NCBI GenBank assembly: GCA_964405805.1
Contig: CAYOPE010000001.1
Span: 4,898-68,897, forward strand
Origin: an uncultured Candidatus Saccharibacteria bacterium
GTDB taxonomy: Bacteria > Patescibacteriota > Doudnabacteria > UBA920 > O2-02-FULL-48-8
Reading direction: 5' to 3'
DNA length: 64,000 nucleotides
Positions 46,816-55,958 of this stretch are shown in pieces (positions within the stretch are counted from its first letter, which is position 1; each line of letters begins with the position of its first letter). A program made the position numbers and the translations under genes. Under the pieces are notes generated by a model. That model made no database searches. It had not been told where the DNA came from and was given only the letters and a program-made list of their open reading frames with translations.

Positions 46816-48114
46816 ATGACGACTAAGTTTGTTCGAGGCGAGAAGGTGGCCGAAGGCAAGACCAAGGTGATTTACGCAGACGAGAACGACCCGACCGGCG
46901 CCATCGTCTTTTCCAAGGACGATCTGACAGCCGGCGACGGCAAGCGGCACGAGGTCTTCGATGGCTTCGGCGCACTGTCGAATCTGACGACGATCAACAC
47001 ATTCAGCCTGCTCCGCGCCTGCGGCATCCCGGTGGCGTTTCGCGAGAAGATCGATGACAGGACGCTCTCAGCGGATCTGACAGACATGATTCCGCTCGAA
47101 GTGGTGACGCGTCGCGAGGCGCACGGCTCGTTCCTCAAGCGCCATCCGTACCTGAAGCGCGACCACTACTTCCCGCGCCTCGTCTTCGAGCTGTTCCTGA
47201 AGACATCGGGAAAGAAGTGGAAGGAACACAATCTGCTCTGCGACGATCCTTACATGGACTACACGTCGCGACAGGAGCAGGGTTTGGTCGGGTTGTTCTT
47301 GCCCGATCAGCCCCTCTGGTCGCAGCCTTCACCTATGCATGTGGTGAACAGTTCTGAGATCGAAGGGTTTGAGCGCCTGCAGGAGATCGAGGAGATCACC
47401 AGAAAGGTCACCCTCGTCCTGGACAAGGCGCTGCAGATGGTCGGGATCAGGTTCGCGGACATGAAGATCGAGTTCGGAATCACGAAAGATGGCCGACTCG
47501 TGGTCTCAGACGTGATCGACAGTTCGTCGTGGCGGATCGTGGGACCGGACGGGAAGTACATCGACAAACAGCTGTTTCGAGACGGAGCCGAGGTTCCAGT
47601 CATGGCGCAGGTTTTCGCCCGAGGGCTCGAGATCACAAGCCGGTTTCAGGTGCCACCGAAGCAGCAGATCGTCATCTGGACCGGCTCACCGAAGGACGAG
47701 GTCTCGAAGTTCAAAGAGTGGTTGGAGAGTCATCCTCTGCCAATCCAAGTCGTGTATGTGGCCCTGTCCGCGCACAAGCAGCCTGTCCTGGCCGTTCAGA
47801 AGCTCCAGCAGCTCGTGCAGATGACGCCGGACACAGTGGTGGTGGCGTTCATCGGCCGATCCAACGGCGCCGGCCCCACGCTCTCCGGTGCAGTCAGTGT
47901 GCCTGTCCTGACTGTGCCGGCGGACTTCCAGAAAATGCCGGAAGATGTCTGGTCGAGTTTGCGCACACCGAGTGACGTGCCAGTCTCGACCATGCTGGAA
48001 CCCGGGAATGCCCTGCTTCAGGCGGTCCAGATCTTGGCGATGCGCAATCCGCAGCTATATATGGAGCTGCGTCATCGACAGGAAGATCGCCTGAGCAACT
48101 TCGCGCTGCTGTAG
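46816..48114 (+). CDS. purC: Bifunctional PurC-PurE fusion (SAICAR synthetase N-terminal, AIR carboxylase/PurE-like C-terminal)
   Basis: N-terminal ...GEKVAEGKTKVIYADENDP...VFSKDDLTAGDG... is PurC-like. The C-terminal 150 aa (LSAHKQP, GRSNGAGPTLSG, VPVLTVP, NALLQAVQILA) parallel PurE motifs (SAHRTP, AGGAAHLPG, VPVIGVP). Confidence 0.7.
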   Translation: MTTKFVRGEKVAEGKTKVIYADENDPTGAIVFSKDDLTAGDGKRHEVFDGFGALSNLTTINTFSLLRACGIPVAFREKIDDRTLSADLTDMIPLEVVTRREAHGSFLKRHPYLKRDHYFPRLVFELFLKTSGKKWKEHNLLCDDPYMDYTSRQEQGLVGLFLPDQPLWSQPSPMHVVNSSEIEGFERLQEIEEITRKVTLVLDKALQMVGIRFADMKIEFGITKDGRLVVSDVIDSSSWRIVGPDGKYIDKQLFRDGAEVPVMAQVFARGLEITSRFQVPPKQQIVIWTGSPKDEVSKFKEWLESHPLPIQVVYVALSAHKQPVLAVQKLQQLVQMTPDTVVVAFIGRSNGAGPTLSGAVSVPVLTVPADFQKMPEDVWSSLRTPSDVPVSTMLEPGNALLQAVQILAMRNPQLYMELRHRQEDRLSNFALL

Positions 48115-48204
48115 AGCAGTTCGACGACGGGCGCGCGAAAGTCACGGGCGGGGGCGATTGTTTATCAGGTTCTTCTGAACCTGACAAGCTTCGCTCCCGA
48201 TTTT

Positions 48205-49365
48205 TTATTTTGTTTCTACGAGATCCCACACATATTTCGCGGCGTTGATGGGTTTGCCGATGAGGGGATCGTGGTGAAGCTGGATGAATGGCGCGCCATT
48301 GCACTCAATGATCCCGCATTTTTGCTCTTTGTAAGATTTAGTGATGTCAGGAATGATAAAATCAAAGCCGAGAATTGATACATCCAGAAGCTGGCCAGCT
48401 TTCGCCAGCATCTCTTTCGTCTCTGGATGTGTCTCATCAGTGCAGTCATAAGAAGTGCCGCCATAATTGACGCCAATTTTTTCAGAAAGTGCCACAGTCT
48501 GATCTTTGGCCAAAATTAAATCCATACCGAGACTATTGCGCTGCATGAAATACGGATTGACTTTTATCTCTTTTACTTTGTCCGGTCTCTGGGCATCTTT
48601 GATTTTGATGAGTTCTGCGATAGTGTGAATGCCATCACCAGTGACCTGAGGCGAGGAGCCGCCTAGGACTCCGACTAGTTTGCCTCCGATCACAGTACCA
48701 CGCTGCACATCGCCATAGAGATGTTCTTCGATGATAACCCAGTGGCAGACTTGCTTGGAAATTTTAAAAGCTTTTTCCAAATCGTCTTTGGTGTAGACCA
48801 TGGTCGTGGTGTGTCGGCCGCGGGAGCCAGCACGCGGCTTGACGATAAGAGGCTTTTCGAGGGCATCAAATGTTTTGAGGGCTTGAGATACTCTAGTAAA
48901 TGACCCACCAGCAGCCACAGGGAAGTGATATTCGAGTAATTTTTTCTTCAGAAGATATTTATCATCAATCCAAGTTAGGTTTGAGGTAGCGACTTTTTCT
49001 GATCTTGGCAGATTCATAAAATAATGCCAGCGGTTTTGGAGCTTTACTCGATACAGATCTATGGATTTGCCAAATGGCTTGAGTTCCTCGATCTGAAGTC
49101 CTCTGGCGAGCGCTTCTTCCCATAGGACACGCGCACGATCATAAGGAATATTTTTTATATCGCGATTGATTTGAATGAGTCCGAGTGGTTTCAGAACATG
49201 AAAAACAGAAATGCCGATCCATTCGCCAAGTTTGTCCATGATTTGGCCCAACCGACTCTGGACCAAGGTCCGCCTGATCGGGCTAAACAGAATATCTATG
49301 GATTCATAGAATTTGTGAGTCCTGTGCGGTATGGGGTTATTCCCACAGTAAAGGCAGGTTTGCAT
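48205..49365 (-). CDS. ATP-grasp domain protein (cyanophycin-synthetase-N-terminal-like / amino-acid ligase)
   Basis: ATP-grasp core (...KPRAGSRGRH..., GGTSYDCTDETHPE...ILGFDFIIPDITKS). Start placed at MQTCLYCGN because the upstream 78 nt of the longer ORF translate a palindromic repeat. Confidence 0.65.
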   Translation of the reverse strand: MQTCLYCGNNPIPHRTHKFYESIDILFSPIRRTLVQSRLGQIMDKLGEWIGISVFHVLKPLGLIQINRDIKNIPYDRARVLWEEALARGLQIEELKPFGKSIDLYRVKLQNRWHYFMNLPRSEKVATSNLTWIDDKYLLKKKLLEYHFPVAAGGSFTRVSQALKTFDALEKPLIVKPRAGSRGRHTTTMVYTKDDLEKAFKISKQVCHWVIIEEHLYGDVQRGTVIGGKLVGVLGGSSPQVTGDGIHTIAELIKIKDAQRPDKVKEIKVNPYFMQRNSLGMDLILAKDQTVALSEKIGVNYGGTSYDCTDETHPETKEMLAKAGQLLDVSILGFDFIIPDITKSYKEQKCGIIECNGAPFIQLHHDPLIGKPINAAKYVWDLVETK

Positions 49366-49402
49366 GAGTGAATTATACCCCTCACCCGGCGCTTCGCGCC
49401 AC

Positions 49403-49426
49403 CCTCTCCCGGAAGCGGGAGAGGGA
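49403..49426. repeat. Perfect hairpin ccctctccc-ggaa-gcgggagaggg (CTCC/GGAG hairpin family)
   Basis: Same family as 11668-11708, 55227-55248, 55631-55649 and others. Confidence 0.6.
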
Positions 49427-49566
49427 AAATCTGAATTTGACAAACTAAATTCTCAGAAGACACTTTTGTTGATAAGTTTTTCTAGATGTAGAGCGGTAAA
49501 GCAAAATCTATCGAAAAAGTGGGTTTTGACAGGTTTCTATATATAGCGATATATTAACTATGGTTA

Positions 49567-49582
49567 ACACAAGATATTGTGT
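49567..49582. promoter_or_regulatory. NrdR box
   Basis: ACACAAGATATTGTGT is a perfect 16-bp palindrome matching the NrdR-box consensus acaCwAtATaTwGtgt, ~130 nt upstream of nrdR. A degenerate partner (tatatagcgatatat) lies ~30 bp upstream. Confidence 0.6.
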
Positions 49583-49710
49583 TTCCGAAGGCTTAAGGCT
49601 TAGCCTGAGACAAAAAATCAAACAAAAAAGCTTAAGATTGGTTCATTTTACATAGTATCGAGAGGCTTGATGAAGCGTTTTCGCCTATTTTTTTTCGTTC
49701 TCAAAAATCC

Positions 49711-50154
49711 ATGCGTTGCCCTAATTGTTCGAATGAAGACACAAAAGTTTTAGACTCTCGCCCCATCTCTGATGGGATGGCTATTCGGAGGCGCCGGGAA
49801 TGTACGAAATGTGGGGCTAGGTTCTCCACTCACGAGGAAATGGAACTGCTGGATCTGACTGTGGTCAAGCGTGATGGCAGCACCCAGGCCTATATGAGAG
49901 AGAAAATCGAGAATGGGATCAGAAAAGCTTTTGAGAAAAGGCCTCTGAGCCACGATGATTTCCATGCTTTGATCGTCGGCATCGAGCAGGACATCCAGAA
50001 AACCGGAAAAAGTCAGGTCGCGACCAAAGAAATCGGCAACATCGTCATGAAGCGCATAAAAAGTCGGGATCAAGTCGCTTACATCCGGTTTGCAAGTGTG
50101 TATCGCAAGTTTGCAGACGTAGAAGAGTTTGTCAGAGAAGCAAAAAAACTATAA
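49711..50154 (+). CDS. nrdR: Transcriptional repressor NrdR
   Basis: Zn ribbon MRCPNCSNEDTKVLDSR...CTKCGARF followed by an ATP-cone. Confidence 0.9.
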   Translation: MRCPNCSNEDTKVLDSRPISDGMAIRRRRECTKCGARFSTHEEMELLDLTVVKRDGSTQAYMREKIENGIRKAFEKRPLSHDDFHALIVGIEQDIQKTGKSQVATKEIGNIVMKRIKSRDQVAYIRFASVYRKFADVEEFVREAKKL

Positions 50155-50156
50155 TC

Positions 50157-50225
50157 TACGAAATTACGAAATAGTACGAAAATACGAAATGTTCGTACTT
50201 TCGTAGAAAATTCGTACTTCGTAGA
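50157..50225. repeat. TACGAAA inverted-repeat element, copy 2
   Basis: gtacgaaaatacgaaatgttcgtactttcgtagaaaattcgtacttcgtaga, between nrdR and nrdJ; compare 15318-15395. Confidence 0.7.
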
Positions 50226-50254
50226 TAGTAACAAGAATTAACTAAGAACAAACC

Positions 50255-52909
50255 ATGCAACCAAAAGAAAACCTACAAGAAAGAAAAGTAAATGCACTCG
50301 CTGAGCTTGGCGAAAAGATTTTCCTCGATCGCTACGCCATTAAGGACGCGAAAAAGGAAAGTCTCAGTGTAGGTGATACTGCGGTGGTATGTGTGAACCT
50401 AAAAACCGGGCAGCGTGAGATCGGGGTACTGGAAAAAATCGACAGAGAAGCACGCGAAGTAGTAGTCAAGCTTCGTGATGGCACTCTCGAAACTCGATCT
50501 ATTGATCATGTGGACAAGCCATTGGAAACTATGCCAGAACAGATGTTTGAACGCATTGCCAAACACATTGCATCAGTTGAAAACACAGATGAATTGAAAC
50601 AAGAATGGGAAGGACGATTTCGCGAGCTCATGAATGACTGGAAATACGTGCCAGCAGGAAGAATTTTTACAGGCGCAGGCACTGGCCAGAATCTGACTTT
50701 TTATAATTGTTACGTCATACCTTCCCCGCGCGATTCGCGAGGTGGAATTTTCGAGACCCTGGGCCAAATGGCGGAAATCATGTCACGCGGCGGCGGGGTA
50801 GGAATCAATGTCTCGACACTGCGTCCTCGCTACGCTTATGTGAAAGGCGTGAATGGCCGTTCTTCTGGCTCTGTGTCCTGGGCATCACTTTATTCATTTG
50901 TCACTGGGCTCATTGAGCAGGGCGGATCCAGACGCGGAGCGCTGATGTTGATTTTAAACGTCTGGCATCCTGATGTCGTGGATTTTATCAATTCGAAAAA
51001 AGAAGCCGGCAAGATTACGAATGCGAATATTTCTGTAGGAATCACAGATGATTTCATGACTGCGGTGAAGAATGACCAGCCGTGGGATCTAGTTTTTCCA
51101 GACACTTCAGATCCGATGTACCGCGATCGCTGGGATGGAAACATCGGTCGCTGGAAGGAAATTGGTGGTAAAGTCATCAAGCACAAGACGGTTCGTGCCA
51201 AAGACATTTGGGAAAATATTATTTCCTCTGCATGGTCTTCTGCTGAGCCTGGCATGTATTTTATTGATCGAGCGAATTACTACTCCAATTCTCACTATTT
51301 CGCAGATCTGCCATGCACGAATCCTTGTGGCGAGCAGCCGCTGCCTGCCTGGGGCGTGTGTAACCTCGGTCACATCAACCTTGCCAAGCACGTGGATTAC
51401 AGTAAAAAAGATGTGGACTGGAATAAATTAAAGAGAACTGTGCAGGATGCAGTCAGATTTCAGGACAATGTCATTGATGCGACACCTTATTTCTTTGATG
51501 AAAATTATCAGCAGCAAATGAGTGAGCGCAGAGTTGGCATGGGCACGATTGGTCTTGCTGAAATGCTGATTCATTTGGGACTCCGTTATGGTTCTCCTCA
51601 AGGAGTTGAGTTTATCGATAAACTTTACCAGTTTATTTCTATCACAGCCTACGAAACTTCAGTTGATCTCGCTCGTGAAAAGGGTGCGTTTAGTAAATTC
51701 GAAGTTGATAAGTTTTTGCAATCAGGCTTCATGCAGCGAATGCCAGAATACATTCGCCATCTCGTGCGCCAATACGGAATTCGAAACGTAACTATTTTGA
51801 CACAAGCACCGACTGGGACTGTGGGAACAATGGTAGGAACATCCACAGGCATCGAGCCGTTCTTCTCTTGGACATATTTCAGAAAATCTCGACTCGGTGT
51901 GCATCAGGAGCACATCAAACTTGCCAAAGACTGGCTGGATGCGCATCCAGGCGAATCTCTGCCTGACTATTACGTCACAGCTATGGAACTGACTCCAGAA
52001 GAGCACGTGCGTGTGCAGGCTGCTGTGCAGCGCTGGACTGATAGCGCTATCTCAAAAACTGTAAATGCGCCAGAAAACTATACTGTGGAGCAAACTGCGA
52101 AACTCTATGAGTTGCTGTATGATTTGGGAGCTAAAGGCGGGACGATTTACAGAGATGGCTCACGTGATGAACAGATCTTGGCTGTAGATCATAAAAAATT
52201 GGGCAAAGATGCGGCTGAACAAGTGGAGAATGGTAAAGCTGTGATCAAACAGGAACAGCCTGTTCAACCAATACCAACTCCTGAACCTGCCCCAGCACCT
52301 CAAATGCCACCGCAGCCTCAGATGAACTCAATCCAACCCCGCAAGCGACCAGATGTCATGCAAGGATCGACTTATAAAGTCGCGACAGCTTATGGTAATC
52401 TTTATGTCACGGTCAATGAAGACGAGTATGGACCATTTGAAGTTTTCTCGCAGCTTGGCAAGGCTGGTGGCTTCTTCGGCGCTCAGACTGAAGCGATTTG
52501 TCGCATGATTTCTCTGGCACTGCGCTCAGGAATTAGTTTGCCTACAGTTGTCGAGCAGCTCAAAGGCATCCGCGGTCCGGATCCCATGTTCCACAATGGT
52601 GAGCGCATTTTGTCGCTCCCAGATGCGATTGCAAATGTCCTAGAAAATCACATTAAGCGCGGACAGAAAGAACTCCAGCTGGATTTTTCAAAGATAGAAA
52701 AGTCTTCCTTCGCTAAAGCTTCGGAGGACAAGCAACCCGTCTTTCAAGCAGTAACCAAAGAAGTTCATTCTACCGGTTCCGCGTTTGTCACCACACAGAA
52801 GGCAGTTGCTGACTTTGGCGATGCGCCAGTGTGTATGGTTTGTAGCAACATGCTTCGCATGGCAGAAGGTTGCATGAAATGTGAGTACTGCGGGTGGAGT
52901 AAATGCTGA
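50255..52909 (+). CDS. nrdJ: Class II (adenosylcobalamin-dependent) ribonucleotide reductase
   Basis: Active-site NPCGEQPLPAWGVCNLGHINL and a C-terminal Cys-rich tail CMVCSN...CMKCEYCGWSKC; 884 aa. Confidence 0.88.
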   Translation: MQPKENLQERKVNALAELGEKIFLDRYAIKDAKKESLSVGDTAVVCVNLKTGQREIGVLEKIDREAREVVVKLRDGTLETRSIDHVDKPLETMPEQMFERIAKHIASVENTDELKQEWEGRFRELMNDWKYVPAGRIFTGAGTGQNLTFYNCYVIPSPRDSRGGIFETLGQMAEIMSRGGGVGINVSTLRPRYAYVKGVNGRSSGSVSWASLYSFVTGLIEQGGSRRGALMLILNVWHPDVVDFINSKKEAGKITNANISVGITDDFMTAVKNDQPWDLVFPDTSDPMYRDRWDGNIGRWKEIGGKVIKHKTVRAKDIWENIISSAWSSAEPGMYFIDRANYYSNSHYFADLPCTNPCGEQPLPAWGVCNLGHINLAKHVDYSKKDVDWNKLKRTVQDAVRFQDNVIDATPYFFDENYQQQMSERRVGMGTIGLAEMLIHLGLRYGSPQGVEFIDKLYQFISITAYETSVDLAREKGAFSKFEVDKFLQSGFMQRMPEYIRHLVRQYGIRNVTILTQAPTGTVGTMVGTSTGIEPFFSWTYFRKSRLGVHQEHIKLAKDWLDAHPGESLPDYYVTAMELTPEEHVRVQAAVQRWTDSAISKTVNAPENYTVEQTAKLYELLYDLGAKGGTIYRDGSRDEQILAVDHKKLGKDAAEQVENGKAVIKQEQPVQPIPTPEPAPAPQMPPQPQMNSIQPRKRPDVMQGSTYKVATAYGNLYVTVNEDEYGPFEVFSQLGKAGGFFGAQTEAICRMISLALRSGISLPTVVEQLKGIRGPDPMFHNGERILSLPDAIANVLENHIKRGQKELQLDFSKIEKSSFAKASEDKQPVFQAVTKEVHSTGSAFVTTQKAVADFGDAPVCMVCSNMLRMAEGCMKCEYCGWSKC

Positions 52910-53145
52910 TGGATTTTTTAGATGAACAGAAACAAGCTGGTCCAAGGGCTCCTAGTAAAGAGAGAAGAAGAGAGGAGCGACCAAAAAATAATCCTAAAGA
53001 AGATCTAGGCTACAGAATTAAAGGATTGGAAGCAGCAAAAATGGAGCCTGGTATGAGTCCGGCAGATCTAGCGGCACTGGATCGAAGCATTGAGGCGCTG
53101 AAAAAGAAACAAGCAGAAAAAAATCAACCGAAACAAGAAGATTAA
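52903..53145 (+). CDS. Small basic hypothetical protein, translationally coupled to nrdJ
   Basis: 80-aa Lys/Arg/Glu-rich ORF overlapping the nrdJ stop by 7 nt. Confidence 0.4.
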   Translation: MLMDFLDEQKQAGPRAPSKERRREERPKNNPKEDLGYRIKGLEAAKMEPGMSPADLAALDRSIEALKKKQAEKNQPKQED

Positions 53146-53148
53146 AAG

Positions 53149-53177
53149 ATGGGCGGTCCGCCGTCAGCGGACCGCCT
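53149..53177 (+). terminator. Rho-independent terminator
   Basis: ggcggtccgc-cgtca-gcggaccgcc followed by ttaaaaattt. Confidence 0.55.
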
Positions 53178-53186
53178 TAAAAATTT

Positions 53187-53639
53187 ATGGACTGTGTATT
53201 TTGTAAAATTGTTAGTGACGAGTTTGATTCCGCAAAGATCTGGGAAGATGAAAACTATCTGGCGATTTTGGACGTGAATCCCAATGTCCGAGGCATGACT
53301 TTAGTAATGCCCAAAAAGCATTTTGATTCTGATTTGTTTGATATGCCAGAGCAAGATTATAGTGATTTTTTGATTGCAACACGCAAAGTAGCTAAGCTTT
53401 TAGAAAAAAGTCTAGAAGTAAAGCGGGTTGCTCTTGTACTTGAAGGCATGGGTATCAATCATTTGCACGCAAAGTTGTATCCCTTGCATGGTCTTGATGA
53501 AAAATTCCAAGAGATGTGGGCGAGGGACCGTGTGTACTTTGATAAATACGAAGGCTATATCACGACGCAACTTGGTCCCAAGAAAGAATTGGCTGAACTA
53601 AAGCAATTAGCCGAAGAGATTAAGAAAAATGTCGGCTAA
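53187..53639 (+). CDS. HIT family protein
   Basis: MDCVFCKIV... and histidine triad region INHLHAKL. Confidence 0.75.
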   Translation: MDCVFCKIVSDEFDSAKIWEDENYLAILDVNPNVRGMTLVMPKKHFDSDLFDMPEQDYSDFLIATRKVAKLLEKSLEVKRVALVLEGMGINHLHAKLYPLHGLDEKFQEMWARDRVYFDKYEGYITTQLGPKKELAELKQLAEEIKKNVG

Positions 53640-54162
53640 AAAAGGTTTAACCATAATTTACATTGGCGATGGGAAGGGGAAGACCTCTGCGGCGGCGGGG
53701 TTGGCTGTGCGCGCTGCGGGCACAGGATTTAAAGTTTTGTATTTGCAGTTTGTGAAAGGCGACTGGCCGAGCGGTGAGCGAGAAGTTCTGTCGAAACTGA
53801 AAAATGTGGAAGCGAAACTCATGGGCAGAGGATTTGTAGGAATCCTCGGAGATCGTAAACCGATTGAGGAACATATAAAAGCTGCGAAGAATGCGATGAA
53901 AGAGTCGATCAAAGCTCTGAAATCAAAAAAGTATGATCTGGTGATCCTGGATGAAGCGATTTCCGCCATTGAATCTGATTTGCTGACTATTGCTGATGTG
54001 GAAAAAATTATCAAATCCAAGCCAGCCGAAGTTCATCTATGCCTCACAGGCCACAAGCGGATAAAAAAATTGATTGACTTGGCAGATCTGGTCACAGAGA
54101 TGAAGATGATTAAGCACCCATACTATCAGGGGATACTAGCACAACGAGGCATTGACTATTGA
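53629..54162 (+). CDS. cobO: Cob(I)alamin adenosyltransferase (CobO/CobA/BtuR family)
   Basis: GLTIIYIGDGKGKTSAAAGLAVRAAGTGFKVLYLQFVKG is the family P-loop region. Confidence 0.8.
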   Translation: MSAKKGLTIIYIGDGKGKTSAAAGLAVRAAGTGFKVLYLQFVKGDWPSGEREVLSKLKNVEAKLMGRGFVGILGDRKPIEEHIKAAKNAMKESIKALKSKKYDLVILDEAISAIESDLLTIADVEKIIKSKPAEVHLCLTGHKRIKKLIDLADLVTEMKMIKHPYYQGILAQRGIDY

Positions 54163-54205
54163 TAATACTCTGCTAATATTTGGGGGCGCTTAATTTAATA
54201 AATCT

Positions 54206-54661
54206 ATGACAAACCTAGGCAGAAAGATTGAAATATTTATAATCGTGGTCATTATTGCGGTGATTGGCATTGTCTACGCGTTTAGAAAGCCAGCGATTGC
54301 ACCGACCACAAACACAGAACCGAGCCAAAATACTCAGCAACAAGAAGAACAGCCAGTCTCGTCAGGCATGCCAGTGCCGGGAAGTGACGTGCAAGACAAA
54401 GTCGTGGTCACGGCTAATGTCATTGAGTACCGAGGAGTGGATGGGAAAAACGCTCTTGAGCTTCTGCAAGCTTCGCATCGCGTGGACCTAAAGCATTATT
54501 CTTTTGGGGACTTAGTCACAGGAATTGATGGAATTACTCCTGACGCTAGTCACTTCTGGGCTCTCTACGTGAACGGTCAATTTTCCCAAGTCGGTGCATC
54601 TGCTTATATCACGAAATCTTCTGACACGATCAGATGGCAAATAGATGAGGTAAAAAATTAG
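54206..54661 (+). CDS. Membrane-anchored DUF4430-like protein (putative corrinoid-binding, transcobalamin-like)
   Basis: N-terminal TM, Gln-rich linker, ~90-aa C-terminal domain. The family call rests on my recollection of the DUF4430 pattern plus the B12 gene context. Confidence 0.45.
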   Translation: MTNLGRKIEIFIIVVIIAVIGIVYAFRKPAIAPTTNTEPSQNTQQQEEQPVSSGMPVPGSDVQDKVVVTANVIEYRGVDGKNALELLQASHRVDLKHYSFGDLVTGIDGITPDASHFWALYVNGQFSQVGASAYITKSSDTIRWQIDEVKN

Positions 54662-54727
54662 TAATTAATCTGCGCAATGCTGAACTTGATTCAGCATCTC
54701 AAATAGAGATCCTGACTTTCGTCAGGA

Positions 54728-55264
54728 TTGCGTATCGGCAATATGGCTTATTTCTTAGTTTTTTTTGGGGCACTACTTAGAGTCATTCCACATGCGGCGA
54801 ATTTCGTGCCTATTGGCGCTATCGCTCTTTTTGGCGGTGTGTATCTCAGAAAGCGTGAAGCGCTTGTGCTGCCGCTTGCTGCCATGATTTTGTCAGATAT
54901 TTTTATTGGCTTTGATTCGCTCGAGTCGAGATTGACTATTTACGGATGTTTTTTGCTCAGTGGTTTGATCGGACTGACGATTCGTAACCACAAAAGTATT
55001 TGGACAGTAGTCGGCGGAAGCTTGCTTGGCTCGACGTTATTTTATTTGATCACAAACTTTGTCTGGGTTTATTCTACAAAAATGTATCCGCACACCTGGG
55101 CAGGCCAAATGGCGTCTTACACCAATGCCTTACCGTTTTTCCGAAACACAGTCATGAGTGATTTGTTTTACGTCGGAGTTTTGTTTGGAAGCTATGAATT
55201 AGTTAGACATTTTCAAAATAAAACTTCCCTCTCCTTTGAAGGAGAGGGATCGAGGGAGAGGTAG
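54728..55264 (+). CDS. Small polytopic membrane protein, possibly an ECF-transporter S-component-like (CbrT-like) protein
   Basis: ~6 TM helices in 178 aa, adjacent to cobO and DUF4430. The 3' end overlaps a GGAG hairpin repeat. Confidence 0.4.
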   Translation: MRIGNMAYFLVFFGALLRVIPHAANFVPIGAIALFGGVYLRKREALVLPLAAMILSDIFIGFDSLESRLTIYGCFLLSGLIGLTIRNHKSIWTVVGGSLLGSTLFYLITNFVWVYSTKMYPHTWAGQMASYTNALPFFRNTVMSDLFYVGVLFGSYELVRHFQNKTSLSFEGEGSRER

Positions 55265-55267
55265 ATT

Positions 55268-55612
55268 ATGGTCAAATTGTCTCGAGTTATGGTGGCTCGT
55301 AGTAAAGATTTAAGATCGAGGCAAACTCAGTGGGAAGAGATTCTCTGGGACCATTTAAGAGCTAATCATTTTGCCGTTAAGTTTAAAAGACAAGTAGTAA
55401 TTGGCGCATATATTTTCGATTTTGGCGCCAAAAGAAAAAAGTTATTGATAGAACTAGATGGAGCCGGGCATCGCGGTAAGGGAAAGATTGCAGATGAAGA
55501 AAAGATAAAATATGCCCTATCAAGAGGTTTTACTGTTCTGAAGTTTTGGAACAGTGAGATTGAAAGATCGCTAGATAAGGTTTTAGAAGAAATTTTTCAA
55601 AAGATACAGTAG
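55268..55612 (+). CDS. DUF559 (Vsr-like endonuclease fold) protein, paralog 1
   Basis: ...FKRQVVIGAYIFDFGAKRKKLLIELDGAGHRGK...GFTVLKFWNSEI matches the DUF559 pattern. Confidence 0.8.
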   Translation: MVKLSRVMVARSKDLRSRQTQWEEILWDHLRANHFAVKFKRQVVIGAYIFDFGAKRKKLLIELDGAGHRGKGKIADEEKIKYALSRGFTVLKFWNSEIERSLDKVLEEIFQKIQ

Positions 55613-55675
55613 CACCCTCTCTCCCAACCTCTCTCCCTGAAAGGGAGAGAGGAGTTCTAAACGGTAGATATTTTT

Positions 55676-55894
55676 ATGATCATAAAAGTTCATGTAAGAA
55701 CCCATGCCCACGAAGAGAAGATTGAAGAGGTGGGCGTGGATGAGTATAAACTCTGGACCACAGCGATCCCTGAGAATGGCGAGGCCAATGAGGCTGTGAT
55801 CGACATGCTGGCGGATTTTTTTGATACTTCGCCTTCGAAGATCAGGATAATTTCTGGAAACAAAAGCACGCATAAGTTGATAGAAATCGAGTAA
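55676..55894 (+). CDS. DUF167 (YggU family) protein
   Basis: ...KLWTTAIPENGEANEAVIDMLADFF...SGNKSTHKLIEI is the UPF0235 pattern. Confidence 0.7.
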   Translation: MIIKVHVRTHAHEEKIEEVGVDEYKLWTTAIPENGEANEAVIDMLADFFDTSPSKIRIISGNKSTHKLIEIE

Positions 55895-55958
55895 GCTCCC
55901 GTTGACTGGGAGCTGTTTTTTTGCTATGCTGATTGGCCACAAAGGCAGGAGGATTTCC

